Below, one piece after another: positions 27,417 to 35,881 of a DNA stretch of 64,000 bases (its first letter is position 1; every line of letters begins with the position of its first letter). The position numbers and the translations under genes are program-made. This DNA comes from a virus (taxonomy: Duplodnaviria; Heunggongvirae; Uroviricota; Caudoviricetes), in IMG/VR virus record IMGVR_UViG_3300037423_001636, positions 13,169 through 77,168 of that record; one strand, given 5' to 3'. The notes below the pieces were generated by a model. That model did no database searches and was not told the DNA's origin. It was given only the letters and a program-made list of their open reading frames with translations.

Positions 27417-28088
27417 ATGGGAGTATATATTGACACCTTTCGCACTGAGCACAAAATGGCACAGCTCGCAGACTCGCTGGTGACCGTCTACGCCTACCGT
27501 TTCCTCTGTCGATTAGGCGACAACGAGGACCGCTGGGGCAAATGGACGCCGCGTGCCCGTATGCTCAAGGCGCACACTGAACGCGCAATCGAACGATTTG
27601 AAACCGTCAAGCCGCGATTCGTGGCGGGTGTATTCGAGAACAATTGGGATGGCGCGAACGTGTATTCCAATCCAAAAGGCGCGGTCTGGTATGACTGCGA
27701 CGCGTTCCCCGGCACGCTGATCGGCTTTCTAGCCAAACGGGGCCACAACTGGGCTATTACGACCAGCTTTGTCAGACAGACGGGTCACATAGTAGCGGGA
27801 CAGACTGTCATACACAACTATCTGTCAATCGTGGAGAATGGGGAATACAAAGAACAGGATGTTTCCTACGTGGTTGACGACCGCACCATGACACCGGCTG
27901 AATTTCTGCTATGGAAAGTGCCCGCGGTAAACGCTTATCTGGATAAATGCCAACGCGAACAGAATGAGCGGGCGAGACAAAATGAGATTGCCGCGGCTCA
28001 ACGTCGCCAAAAACAAGCTGAATTAGACGCACAGATTGCGGCCAAATTGAACGAACTGGAAGAGCTGAGAAAGCAGCGCAACGCCTGA
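27417..28088 (+). CDS. hypothetical protein with C-terminal coiled coil
   Basis: 223-aa ORF. Confidence 0.7.
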   Translation: MGVYIDTFRTEHKMAQLADSLVTVYAYRFLCRLGDNEDRWGKWTPRARMLKAHTERAIERFETVKPRFVAGVFENNWDGANVYSNPKGAVWYDCDAFPGTLIGFLAKRGHNWAITTSFVRQTGHIVAGQTVIHNYLSIVENGEYKEQDVSYVVDDRTMTPAEFLLWKVPAVNAYLDKCQREQNERARQNEIAAAQRRQKQAELDAQIAAKLNELEELRKQRNA

Positions 28089-28231
28089 CATGATCGATTA
28101 TTTTGTCACTACATGGACAGATGCCATCCTACTCTGCATCCTTCTTCTCATGCTGATGGGGGCAGTCATATGCTACAGTTCGCGAGACCATTGAGCGAGC
28201 TGGAAGAGTTGCGGAAACAGCGTACAATGGC

Positions 28232-28555
28232 ATGAATGCCACACTCGAATCGATTGAAACGGTCTTCACTGTCTCTCCGTGGTATCGGGAAGCGTCTTTC
28301 CCACAGGGCAAACCAATTGCTTGGCGAAGATACTGCCACGTTCAGTCCAAACTGAAAGAGATAGTGGGACACGTAGACGGAATGCCGGTCCAAGTGTCTG
28401 TGAGTCAGTGGCGCATCACAGTCTATGATGACAAGCCGCGTAAATTCTGTGTGACTGAGTGTCAACCGGGTCGTGGATTCGTGGCAAAGAGCAAGATTGC
28501 GGCGCTGCGCGGGATAATGGATCGTTGCGATCAAACGGGCCGATATACGGGGTAG
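28232..28555 (+). CDS. hypothetical protein
   Basis: ORF in gene string. Confidence 0.55.
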   Translation: MNATLESIETVFTVSPWYREASFPQGKPIAWRRYCHVQSKLKEIVGHVDGMPVQVSVSQWRITVYDDKPRKFCVTECQPGRGFVAKSKIAALRGIMDRCDQTGRYTG

Positions 28556-28771
28556 ATGAAATTAACAGCGCAGGCACAGCTTGAGACGTTCTATGCGTTC
28601 AAACGCATGCACCGGAATGATCTTATTCATATCGCCGAACAGGCAGGGTTGGAACCGACTCACTACAACACGCACGAGAAACGGGCGGCTGGGGTAACTG
28701 TGTTTTATTATCGCTCGGTGGCGCTGTTCGCGAGCACAAAGAAAGAGATCAACAAACCATTCGGCCAATGA
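28556..28771 (+). CDS. hypothetical protein
   Basis: Abutting ORF. Confidence 0.55.
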   Translation: MKLTAQAQLETFYAFKRMHRNDLIHIAEQAGLEPTHYNTHEKRAAGVTVFYYRSVALFASTKKEINKPFGQ

Positions 28772-29004
28772 CCATCGGCCAAATAGCTGAGGCAGCTAAA
28801 GCGGCGGGCGTGGACTCTGCGAAACTCACGCTCGCGCTACATGAGCCGGTTTATTTCTATCAGTGGCGCTATGGCACTGGTCACGTTACGTTCGGAAACC
28901 ATTGCACAGAAACAGAATGGCTGGCACAAGTGACAAAACAGTTGAAAACCAACCCCGGTTCTCCCATCAACCTGATTGAAAAGAAGGGGCCATTCGTCGA
29001 ATGA
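28768..29004 (+). CDS. hypothetical protein
   Basis: ATGA-coupled. Confidence 0.55.
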   Translation: MTIGQIAEAAKAAGVDSAKLTLALHEPVYFYQWRYGTGHVTFGNHCTETEWLAQVTKQLKTNPGSPINLIEKKGPFVE

Positions 29005-29029
29005 AACACGATCACCACTCTTACGATAA

Positions 29030-29074
29030 TAAGGAGAACCCCCTATAGACAAGGGACGCAAACTCTGATATTCT
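29030..29074 (+). promoter_or_regulatory. palindrome + promoter element 17 (upstream of tRNA-like cluster)
   Basis: TAAGG-N6-CCCTA TAGACA N17 TATTCT. Confidence 0.8.
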
Positions 29075-29104
29075 CTTTCCTGTTCGATTGATAGTTCAAT
29101 TTAC

Positions 29105-29347
29105 GCGCGATTAGCTCAATTGGTTCCTGTCGGCGCTCCGCAAGGAGATACGGCAGGGGTGATAACCGACGAAGACTAGACGAGAGACCCCGATGCTAAG
29201 TCTCCATTGCAAGGGATACGACCCGGAGGGCACTCAGTCTAGCTAGTAAGCGGCGACTACCTAGAGCGTCATCGGTGGAGCGATCCACCATACACGATGA
29301 AGGTTGCCACAGGTCTGAAACGACTGGTTCGAGTCCGGCATCGCGCA
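29105..29347 (+). ncRNA. tRNA-Val(TAC)-like scaffold with three structured insertions (243 nt)
   Basis: GCGCGAT/ATCGCGC acceptor, TAGCTCAATTGGT..AGAGC D-arm, TCATC/GATGA stem with TACAC, GGTTCGAGTCC T-loop. Confidence 0.7.
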
Positions 29348-29361
29348 ATCCTTTTTTTTAT

Positions 29362-29451
29362 GCTCTGCCCCTGCTTGACAGGGGTAAACTGTCAACCTCT
29401 GTTGCAACAGGGGCGCAGCGTAGCGGGGCCGAATGCAACGCTAGAGCGCCA
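29362..29451 (+). ncRNA. CCA-ending cloverleaf with non-canonical arms
   Basis: GCTCTG/TAGAGC+GCCA closing three hairpins. Confidence 0.5.
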
Positions 29452-29457
29452 ATCTTT

Positions 29458-29531
29458 GCGGGGATAGCTCAATTGGTAGAGCACGTCTAAACATGGCGTG
29501 GATAGAGGTTCGAATCCTTTTCCCTGCACCA
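29458..29531 (+). tRNA. tRNA with atypical anticodon arm (identity undetermined)
   Basis: GCGGGGA/TCCCTGC+ACCA; canonical D and T arms; loop TAAACAT lacks U33. Confidence 0.75.
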
Positions 29532-29646
29532 TTCTACACCGGAAATCGTGGAAACGGCATTCCATGAGAGACGGTCGATCAACGCCCTGCGTGCGCGGCT
29601 GGCTCTTCGTCTAAACGCCTTAAGGACGCCGGTCTATCTCTTTCCC

Positions 29647-30081
29647 ATGTCCTTTCGTCCCATCATCTGGAATCAATACCTCGGCAAACCTGAATGCCCT
29701 TACATGCGGCGATGGGTGCTGAATCTAGGTCTTTTCTCCATTCGTTTGCATCAGTGGTTTGCGGGCGACGACGATCGCGCTCTGCATGATCATAGCTGGG
29801 ATTTCTGGGTGTGGGTCCTGCGCGGCTCCTATATGGACATTTCCAAGAGCAAGGGTCAGATGGTCGAGCAACTGATGGTGCCTTCATGGCGTCCGACCTT
29901 CCGCAAAGCTGAGCATGCCCACACAGTCCAAACTAAGGGGTGCTGGACTCTACTACTGACTGGCCCCGAGCGACGAGCGTGGGGCTTCTTCATGAAGCTG
30001 CCGCGGACTGGCCATGTCAAATGGGTGAAAGCGAGTCGATATTTCCGCAAGCGTGGGCATCATCCATGCAGCTCAAGTTGA
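29647..30081 (+). CDS. cupin-like protein
   Basis: LHDHSWDF...AEHAHTV...WTL..TGP.RR.WGF. Confidence 0.7.
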   Translation: MSFRPIIWNQYLGKPECPYMRRWVLNLGLFSIRLHQWFAGDDDRALHDHSWDFWVWVLRGSYMDISKSKGQMVEQLMVPSWRPTFRKAEHAHTVQTKGCWTLLLTGPERRAWGFFMKLPRTGHVKWVKASRYFRKRGHHPCSSS

Positions 30082-30123
30082 GGTGTGGACCCCATAGACT
30101 CAGGAGATAGAATCTGATAGAGT
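30079..30123 (+). promoter_or_regulatory. palindrome + promoter element 18
   Basis: TGAGG-N6-CCCCA TAGACT N17 TAGAGT. Confidence 0.8.
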
Positions 30124-30130
30124 ATCACCC

Positions 30131-30463
30131 ATGAATTCCGATCCTTATGTCCGCGCCATGTTCGGCCAGAATGCCGTGCAAATCCCATTCAACTGCATCG
30201 TACAAGCGGACCCCGACACGAAATCAGTGGCCGCGATTGTTGTAGTCCGTGGTCCTGAAGCGATGCGTCTAACGTTCGGGAGCAAGCGGACTCACCAACT
30301 AATTCTAGGTGACGCTGTTATTCGCCCTCACGCAGTCATTGAATCCAATCACTGTCGCGGCTACGGTCTGACCGGACTGGCAACCAGCGGATTCAGAATG
30401 GACGAGTGGGCTGAAAAGGGCAAAATCATTCTAGATAGCACGGGCCGTCTTGCAAAAGCATAA
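30131..30463 (+). CDS. hypothetical protein
   Basis: ATG 7 nt after -10. Confidence 0.65.
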   Translation: MNSDPYVRAMFGQNAVQIPFNCIVQADPDTKSVAAIVVVRGPEAMRLTFGSKRTHQLILGDAVIRPHAVIESNHCRGYGLTGLATSGFRMDEWAEKGKIILDSTGRLAKA

Positions 30464-30475
30464 TAAAAAACTCTA

Positions 30476-30895
30476 ATGTCCGCCACCACCTATAAAATCA
30501 GTTCGTATGACGCTCTCACGCTATTTCGGATTGGGCGTCCTAATCTCTGCGGTCTGTTGTGCTGGTTAGAACGTAAACTCGGCCCCACTGAAACGATTCT
30601 AATCGAGCACTGGACCGACTCTCTGTTCTACGTGTCTGTGATGGATAGCAGAATCCAAAGGAGTCCCGATAATCTGGGGATCGGATTCACGGTTGACCTC
30701 GCGAACGATCGGATTTTCTGGAATGCCAGCGGCGGGAACTGCTGGGTGCGCTCTGCCAAGTGGAAACGAATGGTAGGCAAGACACGTGTGGACGGGCTTA
30801 CCGAAGCTCAGGATTTCCACGTGTATAAGGTCGTTCCTATTCCGAAGGCACAAATTAAGGGGAAGTCCTCAGTGACTTCAGTTGCTGGAGTGTGA
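30476..30895 (+). CDS. hypothetical protein
   Basis: C-terminus reads through element 19. Confidence 0.6.
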   Translation: MSATTYKISSYDALTLFRIGRPNLCGLLCWLERKLGPTETILIEHWTDSLFYVSVMDSRIQRSPDNLGIGFTVDLANDRIFWNASGGNCWVRSAKWKRMVGKTRVDGLTEAQDFHVYKVVPIPKAQIKGKSSVTSVAGV

Positions 30896-30901
30896 TAGAC
30901 T
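30856..30901 (+). promoter_or_regulatory. palindrome + promoter element 19
   Basis: TAAGG-N6-CCTCA GTGACT N18 TAGACT. Confidence 0.75.
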
Positions 30902-30907
30902 GTTCCC

Positions 30908-31399
30908 ATGAATTCTGAAACGCGCAGCGAACCACACACGATTGAGCCGAAATGGACTGTTACTGAGGCGGTCGCGCCTCCGGGAATGATCGAACTGCAC
31001 ATCGGAACGCCGGCACGCACGTATGCCGTAGTCTATGCGGACAAAGCAAACAAGCTGGAAGTAGCGGTCGCGCGGGATACGGCAAAGTTGATTGCCCAAG
31101 CGCCTGAAACGGCCAAGAGGCTCGAAACTGCGTCAGCGGCTCTGCTGGAAATGCGCGCCGCTCTGGAGAAGGCCCACGCTGCGCTTACTCAGTATGAAGG
31201 AATGAGCACAGAGCTGCAATCGCGATTCGATGACGCAACCAAAGAACTGAGTCCATACGAAACATGGATGGTCAAATCCAATCTGGAACATGCTCAGTCA
31301 AACGGATTGGAGATGAAATCGGTGATCGCTCAGCTTCGCAAGACCGGCTACGATAAGATCGCCGATGCAGTTGCGAAGGTGGTGCTATTGGGGGTATAA
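30908..31399 (+). CDS. hypothetical protein
   Basis: A.LIAQAPE motif, coiled coil. Confidence 0.65.
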   Translation: MNSETRSEPHTIEPKWTVTEAVAPPGMIELHIGTPARTYAVVYADKANKLEVAVARDTAKLIAQAPETAKRLETASAALLEMRAALEKAHAALTQYEGMSTELQSRFDDATKELSPYETWMVKSNLEHAQSNGLEMKSVIAQLRKTGYDKIADAVAKVVLLGV

Positions 31400-31434
31400 C
31401 CCTATTGAACATTCACGCTTCAATCTGCTAGTAT
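31389..31434 (+). promoter_or_regulatory. palindrome + promoter element 20
   Basis: TGGGG-N6-CCCTA TTGAAC N18 TAGTAT. Confidence 0.8.
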
Positions 31435-31440
31435 GACCGC

Positions 31441-31839
31441 ATGACAATGAAGACTCAGCCGAACGCACAGACGCCGGGGCCGCTGGCCGCGACTAACTAC
31501 ACGGACAACGGGGGGAACGAGTGGACCGTGAACCCGCAGCGCAGAGACGGACAGGCCGGGCGCATTCTCGCCGTGCTTAACGGGGCCGACTCTGACCGCA
31601 ATGCGCTAGATGCCCGGCTACTCGCACTCGCTTACACCGCTTTCGACAAATCCGGGCGGGAGCTGGGAGTGGATGCTGCAATACTAGCCGAACGAATTGA
31701 TCTGGCTGCGCTAATTAAAGCCTGTCATCTGCTTGTCATGAGCAACGACCGTAACCCATCTTACTTCGCCCATTTGCAAGATAGCAAGAGCACAATTGCG
31801 GGCATTTTGATGCCCCTAGCAGGAGAACTGCGCCTATGA
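31441..31839 (+). CDS. hypothetical protein
   Basis: TPGP..ARLLA motif. Confidence 0.65.
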   Translation: MTMKTQPNAQTPGPLAATNYTDNGGNEWTVNPQRRDGQAGRILAVLNGADSDRNALDARLLALAYTAFDKSGRELGVDAAILAERIDLAALIKACHLLVMSNDRNPSYFAHLQDSKSTIAGILMPLAGELRL

Positions 31840-32147
31840 GCGGTAAGCCTACCAATCTCCCTCCCTTCGCGATCTGCTGGTGGACGCACCCCAAACAGCC
31901 GCATCGTCGCGCGGCCTACGTGTCCCATCTGCCCGGCGAGGACGGCGCGGATTGGGGCTATACACCCAATCGGGAGGGAGTGCCGAATCTGAATCTCCCA
32001 TTTGACCCCAAAGGAAAAGCCCGGCTGGACGTGGCAAAACCTTTGAATCGATACTGGCAAAGACGGTTTCGAGCTGATTGCCGGGCGACTGGAGTGACGT
32101 TCCACAGTGAACCCATATTGACCTCACTCCAGAATGAAAACCAGTGA
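31836..32147 (+). CDS. hypothetical protein
   Basis: ATGA-coupled. Confidence 0.6.
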   Translation: MSGKPTNLPPFAICWWTHPKQPHRRAAYVSHLPGEDGADWGYTPNREGVPNLNLPFDPKGKARLDVAKPLNRYWQRRFRADCRATGVTFHSEPILTSLQNENQ

Positions 32148-32530
32148 ATAGCAAGCGGTCCATGGGAATTCCCATACACCGGAGCACGGCAAAAACTCTG
32201 TTTTGATCGAATCTAAAAGCGGGGGCAAGTGATCTGATAGCCTGAAAACCCTCCCTGCGGCTCCCAGCGGGGCCGGCTAGCTAGTTAGAAGTGGAAGCCA
32301 ATTAGACTCTGTTCTACGTGGAACAAATAGATAGAATACGTATAGGAATACACCACCAACAGAACAGACTCAAATTACGGAGAATCAAGGAGATACGAGA
32401 ATAGGGTAAAAAGAGAGAGTGGGATTGGGTGTAGGCACCCATTTTTTCCCCTCAATTTCCCAAAACTGTCCTATCTCCACTCATACAGTTTACATCACTC
32501 TGCTATCGTCAGCACTAGGCTCGCTCAGAT

Positions 32531-32576
32531 TGAGGCTTTCTCCCTATATCATTTTGGCCTAACCATCTGCTAGAAT
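32531..32576 (+). promoter_or_regulatory. palindrome + promoter element 21
   Basis: TGAGG-N6-CCCTA ... TGC TAGAAT. Confidence 0.8.
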
Positions 32577-32589
32577 GTTTGATCTACTC

Positions 32590-32841
32590 ATGAAAAAACC
32601 AATCAAGATCGTCACTATTGTGCTGGCCGTTCCGGTTAATTCGGAAACCTACATGGATATTTTGTCGGGCGCGAGAGATGATTCCAGCGGCGAAATCATC
32701 GAATGGGCCGCGGCGAAAGATGCTGATGGTTATAGGGTTGACGATAAAATCGTGGACGGCGAAACGCCGGAAATGTTGGAGCTATTTGAATCGGATTATG
32801 TGTCGCCAGAACTGAGGAAAGCTGAGGAGAAGAGAAAATAG
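32590..32841 (+). CDS. acidic hypothetical protein
   Basis: ORF after promoter. Confidence 0.6.
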   Translation: MKKPIKIVTIVLAVPVNSETYMDILSGARDDSSGEIIEWAAAKDADGYRVDDKIVDGETPEMLELFESDYVSPELRKAEEKRK

Positions 32842-33262
32842 GTGGGTCGGGTATGAAAACTCAGCCAAAAACGTATCCAAAATCCTCCAAATCCGCTAGA
32901 GTTGGGTATGGTTTCTGCTAGGGCCGGACACAACAGCGGGATTTCATAAACAGATTTAATACAGAGTGTTACAAAAATGACCTTGTTTTGGCACTCTCTG
33001 GCCGAAACGTATCCAAAAGAGACTGCCAATCATTTGCATCAGTCCACGCATTAGCCATCTTCATTCCTTGATCTGCGCGCCATAAATAGTCCTACTTTAC
33101 CCACATACCTACGGGAAACCCCTACATGGGGCATCGGAAACGGCTTGACACGAGCGTGCAAATTGCTCTAGTCTAGTCTACATCGGAACAGTCTATCTAG
33201 CTCACACCCCGGCAATCCAGCCGGCTGCACTGATCCCTTGTTCCACCCATCCCGTCTTTCCC

Positions 33263-33601
33263 ATGACGAATCTGAGTGTGCTTGCGCTGGTTTGCTCTCG
33301 CTTTTTAGCCACTATCCCGGCGGCTTCGCTGCCTGTTCCTGCTAGCATCTCCATTTCCATTCCACCCGTTCCGACTCTGACTGGCGATAAAGGTTCCGCG
33401 CAATTGGCGCGGGCGCAGTCGGCGCGCAGGGTGGAGATTGGTCCCACATTATGCTGGATCGATCTCAAGAATGGTCTCGAAATCCATCGCGGGGCGAAGA
33501 CTGGCAAAATCTACAAGCTTTTTTGCAAGGGTAGGAAAGTGGGGACGTTTAAGTCCCTGCGGGCGGCGGTAGAAGCCGCTAAGAATGAATGGGTTATATA
33601 G
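33263..33601 (+). CDS. hypothetical protein
   Basis: Downstream of TTGACA..TAGTCT promoter (about 33145-33175). Confidence 0.5.
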   Translation: MTNLSVLALVCSRFLATIPAASLPVPASISISIPPVPTLTGDKGSAQLARAQSARRVEIGPTLCWIDLKNGLEIHRGAKTGKIYKLFCKGRKVGTFKSLRAAVEAAKNEWVI

Positions 33602-33627
33602 GCAGTTAGGGTAATTACTAGCTCTGG

Positions 33628-33695
33628 TAGGGATTATACCCTATCTGAGATTCGGTCTCTTTCGTATTTGACAGATGTCTGTGATCTGTTATGGT
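33628..33695 (+). promoter_or_regulatory. consensus palindrome plus separate sigma70 promoter of the HTH gene
   Basis: TAGGG-ATTATA-CCCTA (33628-43); TTGACA N16 TATGGT (33668-95). Confidence 0.7.
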
Positions 33696-33828
33696 CCACT
33701 GTGTAAAGAGCGTTTCCGGCTCTTCTAGTTAGGTCTAGCTTTGCATCGTAGGCAAAGAAAAACCTTTCGGCAAGACTGGCCGGAATGCTCATCACACAAC
33801 ACAAAAAACCATACAACAACACGTCAAA

Positions 33829-34362
33829 ATGAATACCGAAACCAATATCGCTGCGGCCCCGGCTGCGGCTGCAAACATCGGGACGATCGCATCTACCCCG
33901 GTCGGCCAGATCAACGAAGTTCGCGAGATTGACAATCGTCTCGGGGAGCTACAGAATACGCTCAACAACCTGCTTGCCCGCCGGGAGGAATTGAGACTCT
34001 CTGAGGAACAAGAGAAACGCGAGAAAGCGATGAAACTGCCGGCGGAATGGGGGTTCGATGGAATGGATTCCTTCATCTCCTTCCTGCGGTCTGTCTCCCC
34101 AAAACAGCAGGCTGCGAAAGGTCTGCGCTCCGGCCGCGCGTTCAGCCCCGAGCTGATTGCGGAGTTGAAGAAGCAGATCCGGGAAGGGAAGACGGCCAAA
34201 CAGGTGAAGAGCGCACTTGGAATCTCGTTCCCGAGCTATTACGCCATGAAATCGCGGCTCGGACTCACGAAGAAATACAGCTACCCCAAGGGTCGGAAAG
34301 CCGCTCGCCGGGGGCATAAATCCCGGCCGCAGATGGCTGGTTCTGAGCTGGCGGCGGCGTAG
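33829..34362 (+). CDS. coiled-coil + C-terminal helix-turn-helix DNA-binding protein
   Basis: LPAEWGFD..SF..F linker; LKKQIREGKTAKQVKSALGISFPSYYAMKSRLGL HTH. Confidence 0.75.
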   Translation: MNTETNIAAAPAAAANIGTIASTPVGQINEVREIDNRLGELQNTLNNLLARREELRLSEEQEKREKAMKLPAEWGFDGMDSFISFLRSVSPKQQAAKGLRSGRAFSPELIAELKKQIREGKTAKQVKSALGISFPSYYAMKSRLGLTKKYSYPKGRKAARRGHKSRPQMAGSELAAA

Positions 34363-34660
34363 TCGCTCATCGCGACGGGATTGCTTTAGTAATCCAGCAC
34401 GATAGTGCGAAATAGCACCAAATAGCCCTGTTCCGAGTTTGGAGAACACTCGGCAGGGCTATCTGCATGTCTAGGGGAAATTGGGTGTATACACCCAAAA
34501 TACAGTGAAATTGGGGAATTTTCCCCACTCCACAGAATCGCAATGGAGAGGCGATCTCAGTAGAATCAATATTGCGGTATAGAGTCAATTTAGAGGTGCT
34601 TAGAATCCAGCTAGAATAGCCTAGGATTTAATCCATATCGTTCTAGTAGGGATTAAAAAA

Positions 34661-34706
34661 TGAGTGCTCTACCCTACTATACAGGCTCTTCCGGGTCTGC
34701 TAGAAT
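34661..34706 (+). promoter_or_regulatory. palindrome + promoter element 22
   Basis: TGAGT-N6-CCCTA ... TGC TAGAAT. Confidence 0.75.
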
Positions 34707-34713
34707 GAGTGAG

Positions 34714-35121
34714 ATGCAAAAAATCCACCTTTCACCGGCTCAACGTGCGGCTATCCTAGCCGTAATTGCACGTTATTCAGAGCGCCCAAGCCCCGCTGAT
34801 TACGACAGGGAGCAAAGATCGCTTGGCCGAATCGAAATAACACCCAAGCCAAAAGCGAAATCGATTCCGAATACGCTTCCCGGCTTTCAATCTGGAGATG
34901 TGAAGCTCGGCGCGGCATTCGATGCCAAACGTGATTTGCCTGAGGGTTGGGCCGCCGTGAGCTGCCATGATAGCGGGGGGAATCACAGCATCGAAAACGC
35001 TGCAACGTGTGTCTGGCGCAACGTCTGGAACGGTTGGATTGACGGCGCGCCTTACGATCTTGCGGCGAAAGCCGCGGCTCCGGGCGGGGCCGGCGAGACA
35101 GTGCGGGCTCTGACAGATTGA
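34714..35121 (+). CDS. hypothetical protein
   Basis: ATG 7 nt after -10; ends in the element's TGA. Confidence 0.6.
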   Translation: MQKIHLSPAQRAAILAVIARYSERPSPADYDREQRSLGRIEITPKPKAKSIPNTLPGFQSGDVKLGAAFDAKRDLPEGWAAVSCHDSGGNHSIENAATCVWRNVWNGWIDGAPYDLAAKAAAPGGAGETVRALTD

Positions 35122-35163
35122 GGTATACACCCTATATACATTTCACAGACAATCTGCTATACT
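35119..35163 (+). promoter_or_regulatory. palindrome + promoter element 23
   Basis: TGAGG-N6-CCCTA TATACA N17 TATACT. Confidence 0.8.
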
Positions 35164-35170
35164 ATTACTT

Positions 35171-35464
35171 GTGAATAGCAGAACGCTCAAAAGACAATCG
35201 CTCAGTCAGCTCGCCGCAAAACATGGGGCGATAGTCGAGGAGGATGAAGGCACGTCAGACATGCGCCTATTCCAAGTCATTGCGCCGGCCGGCAAGATCT
35301 GGAAAGGAGCTGATTTGCATACACTGGTAGTCCAGTGGGCTCGCGGCGGGTCAGATCAAGCAATCCGATTTAATCAGGATAGCTTTAAAGATGTTGCCGA
35401 ACGTATGTCCCATGGGCTTCGGGATATGACGGAAGAGGAGCGAGAGCTGTGCGCGGAAGATTGA
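35171..35464 (+). CDS. hypothetical protein
   Basis: GTG 7 nt after -10. Confidence 0.65.
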   Translation: MNSRTLKRQSLSQLAAKHGAIVEEDEGTSDMRLFQVIAPAGKIWKGADLHTLVVQWARGGSDQAIRFNQDSFKDVAERMSHGLRDMTEEERELCAED

Positions 35465-35507
35465 GGCATTTACCTCACTAGACAGATTCCCCGCACTCTG
35501 CTAGACT
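35462..35507 (+). promoter_or_regulatory. palindrome + promoter element 24
   Basis: TGAGG-N6-CCTCA c TAGACA N17 TAGACT. Confidence 0.8.
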
Positions 35508-35512
35508 CAGGC

Positions 35513-35833
35513 ATGGACACTTTCGCCGATTCTCCTCGTTCTCTACAGGGATTGGAATTCGCTCAGCTACCCAAAACTCCATTTGCGCTACGTTACGATT
35601 GGCAAGCTACTCAGGAGGGGCAGCGTGGAGGTATGTCATTTCAATCTACTGAATGGCAGGGAATTTCGGCCGATACTTGGGAGCAAGCTAAAATAAAAGC
35701 TCGCGCGCTGGTCAGTGCGATCCCAGCAATCCGTTTCGATTCAAACGAGCCGCATCATCTGCGCGGGTGCTGTCTTGTGGAATTGGTGGCCGAATTAAGC
35801 TCATTTCGCACGTTGGTATTAAGTCCGAATTGA
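35513..35833 (+). CDS. hypothetical protein
   Basis: Leaderless-type ORF between elements. Confidence 0.6.
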   Translation: MDTFADSPRSLQGLEFAQLPKTPFALRYDWQATQEGQRGGMSFQSTEWQGISADTWEQAKIKARALVSAIPAIRFDSNEPHHLRGCCLVELVAELSSFRTLVLSPN

Positions 35834-35875
35834 GGTATATTACCCATAGACTGTTCATCTTCAATCTGCTAGAGT
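35831..35875 (+). promoter_or_regulatory. palindrome + promoter element 25
   Basis: TGAGG-N6-ACCCA TAGACT N17 TAGAGT. Confidence 0.8.
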
Positions 35876-35881
35876 GTCCTT

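Noticed and set aside
29125-29262. Group I intron or hammerhead ribozyme in the tRNA insert
   Set aside because: Too short and wrongly placed for group I; no CUGANGA/GAAA core seen
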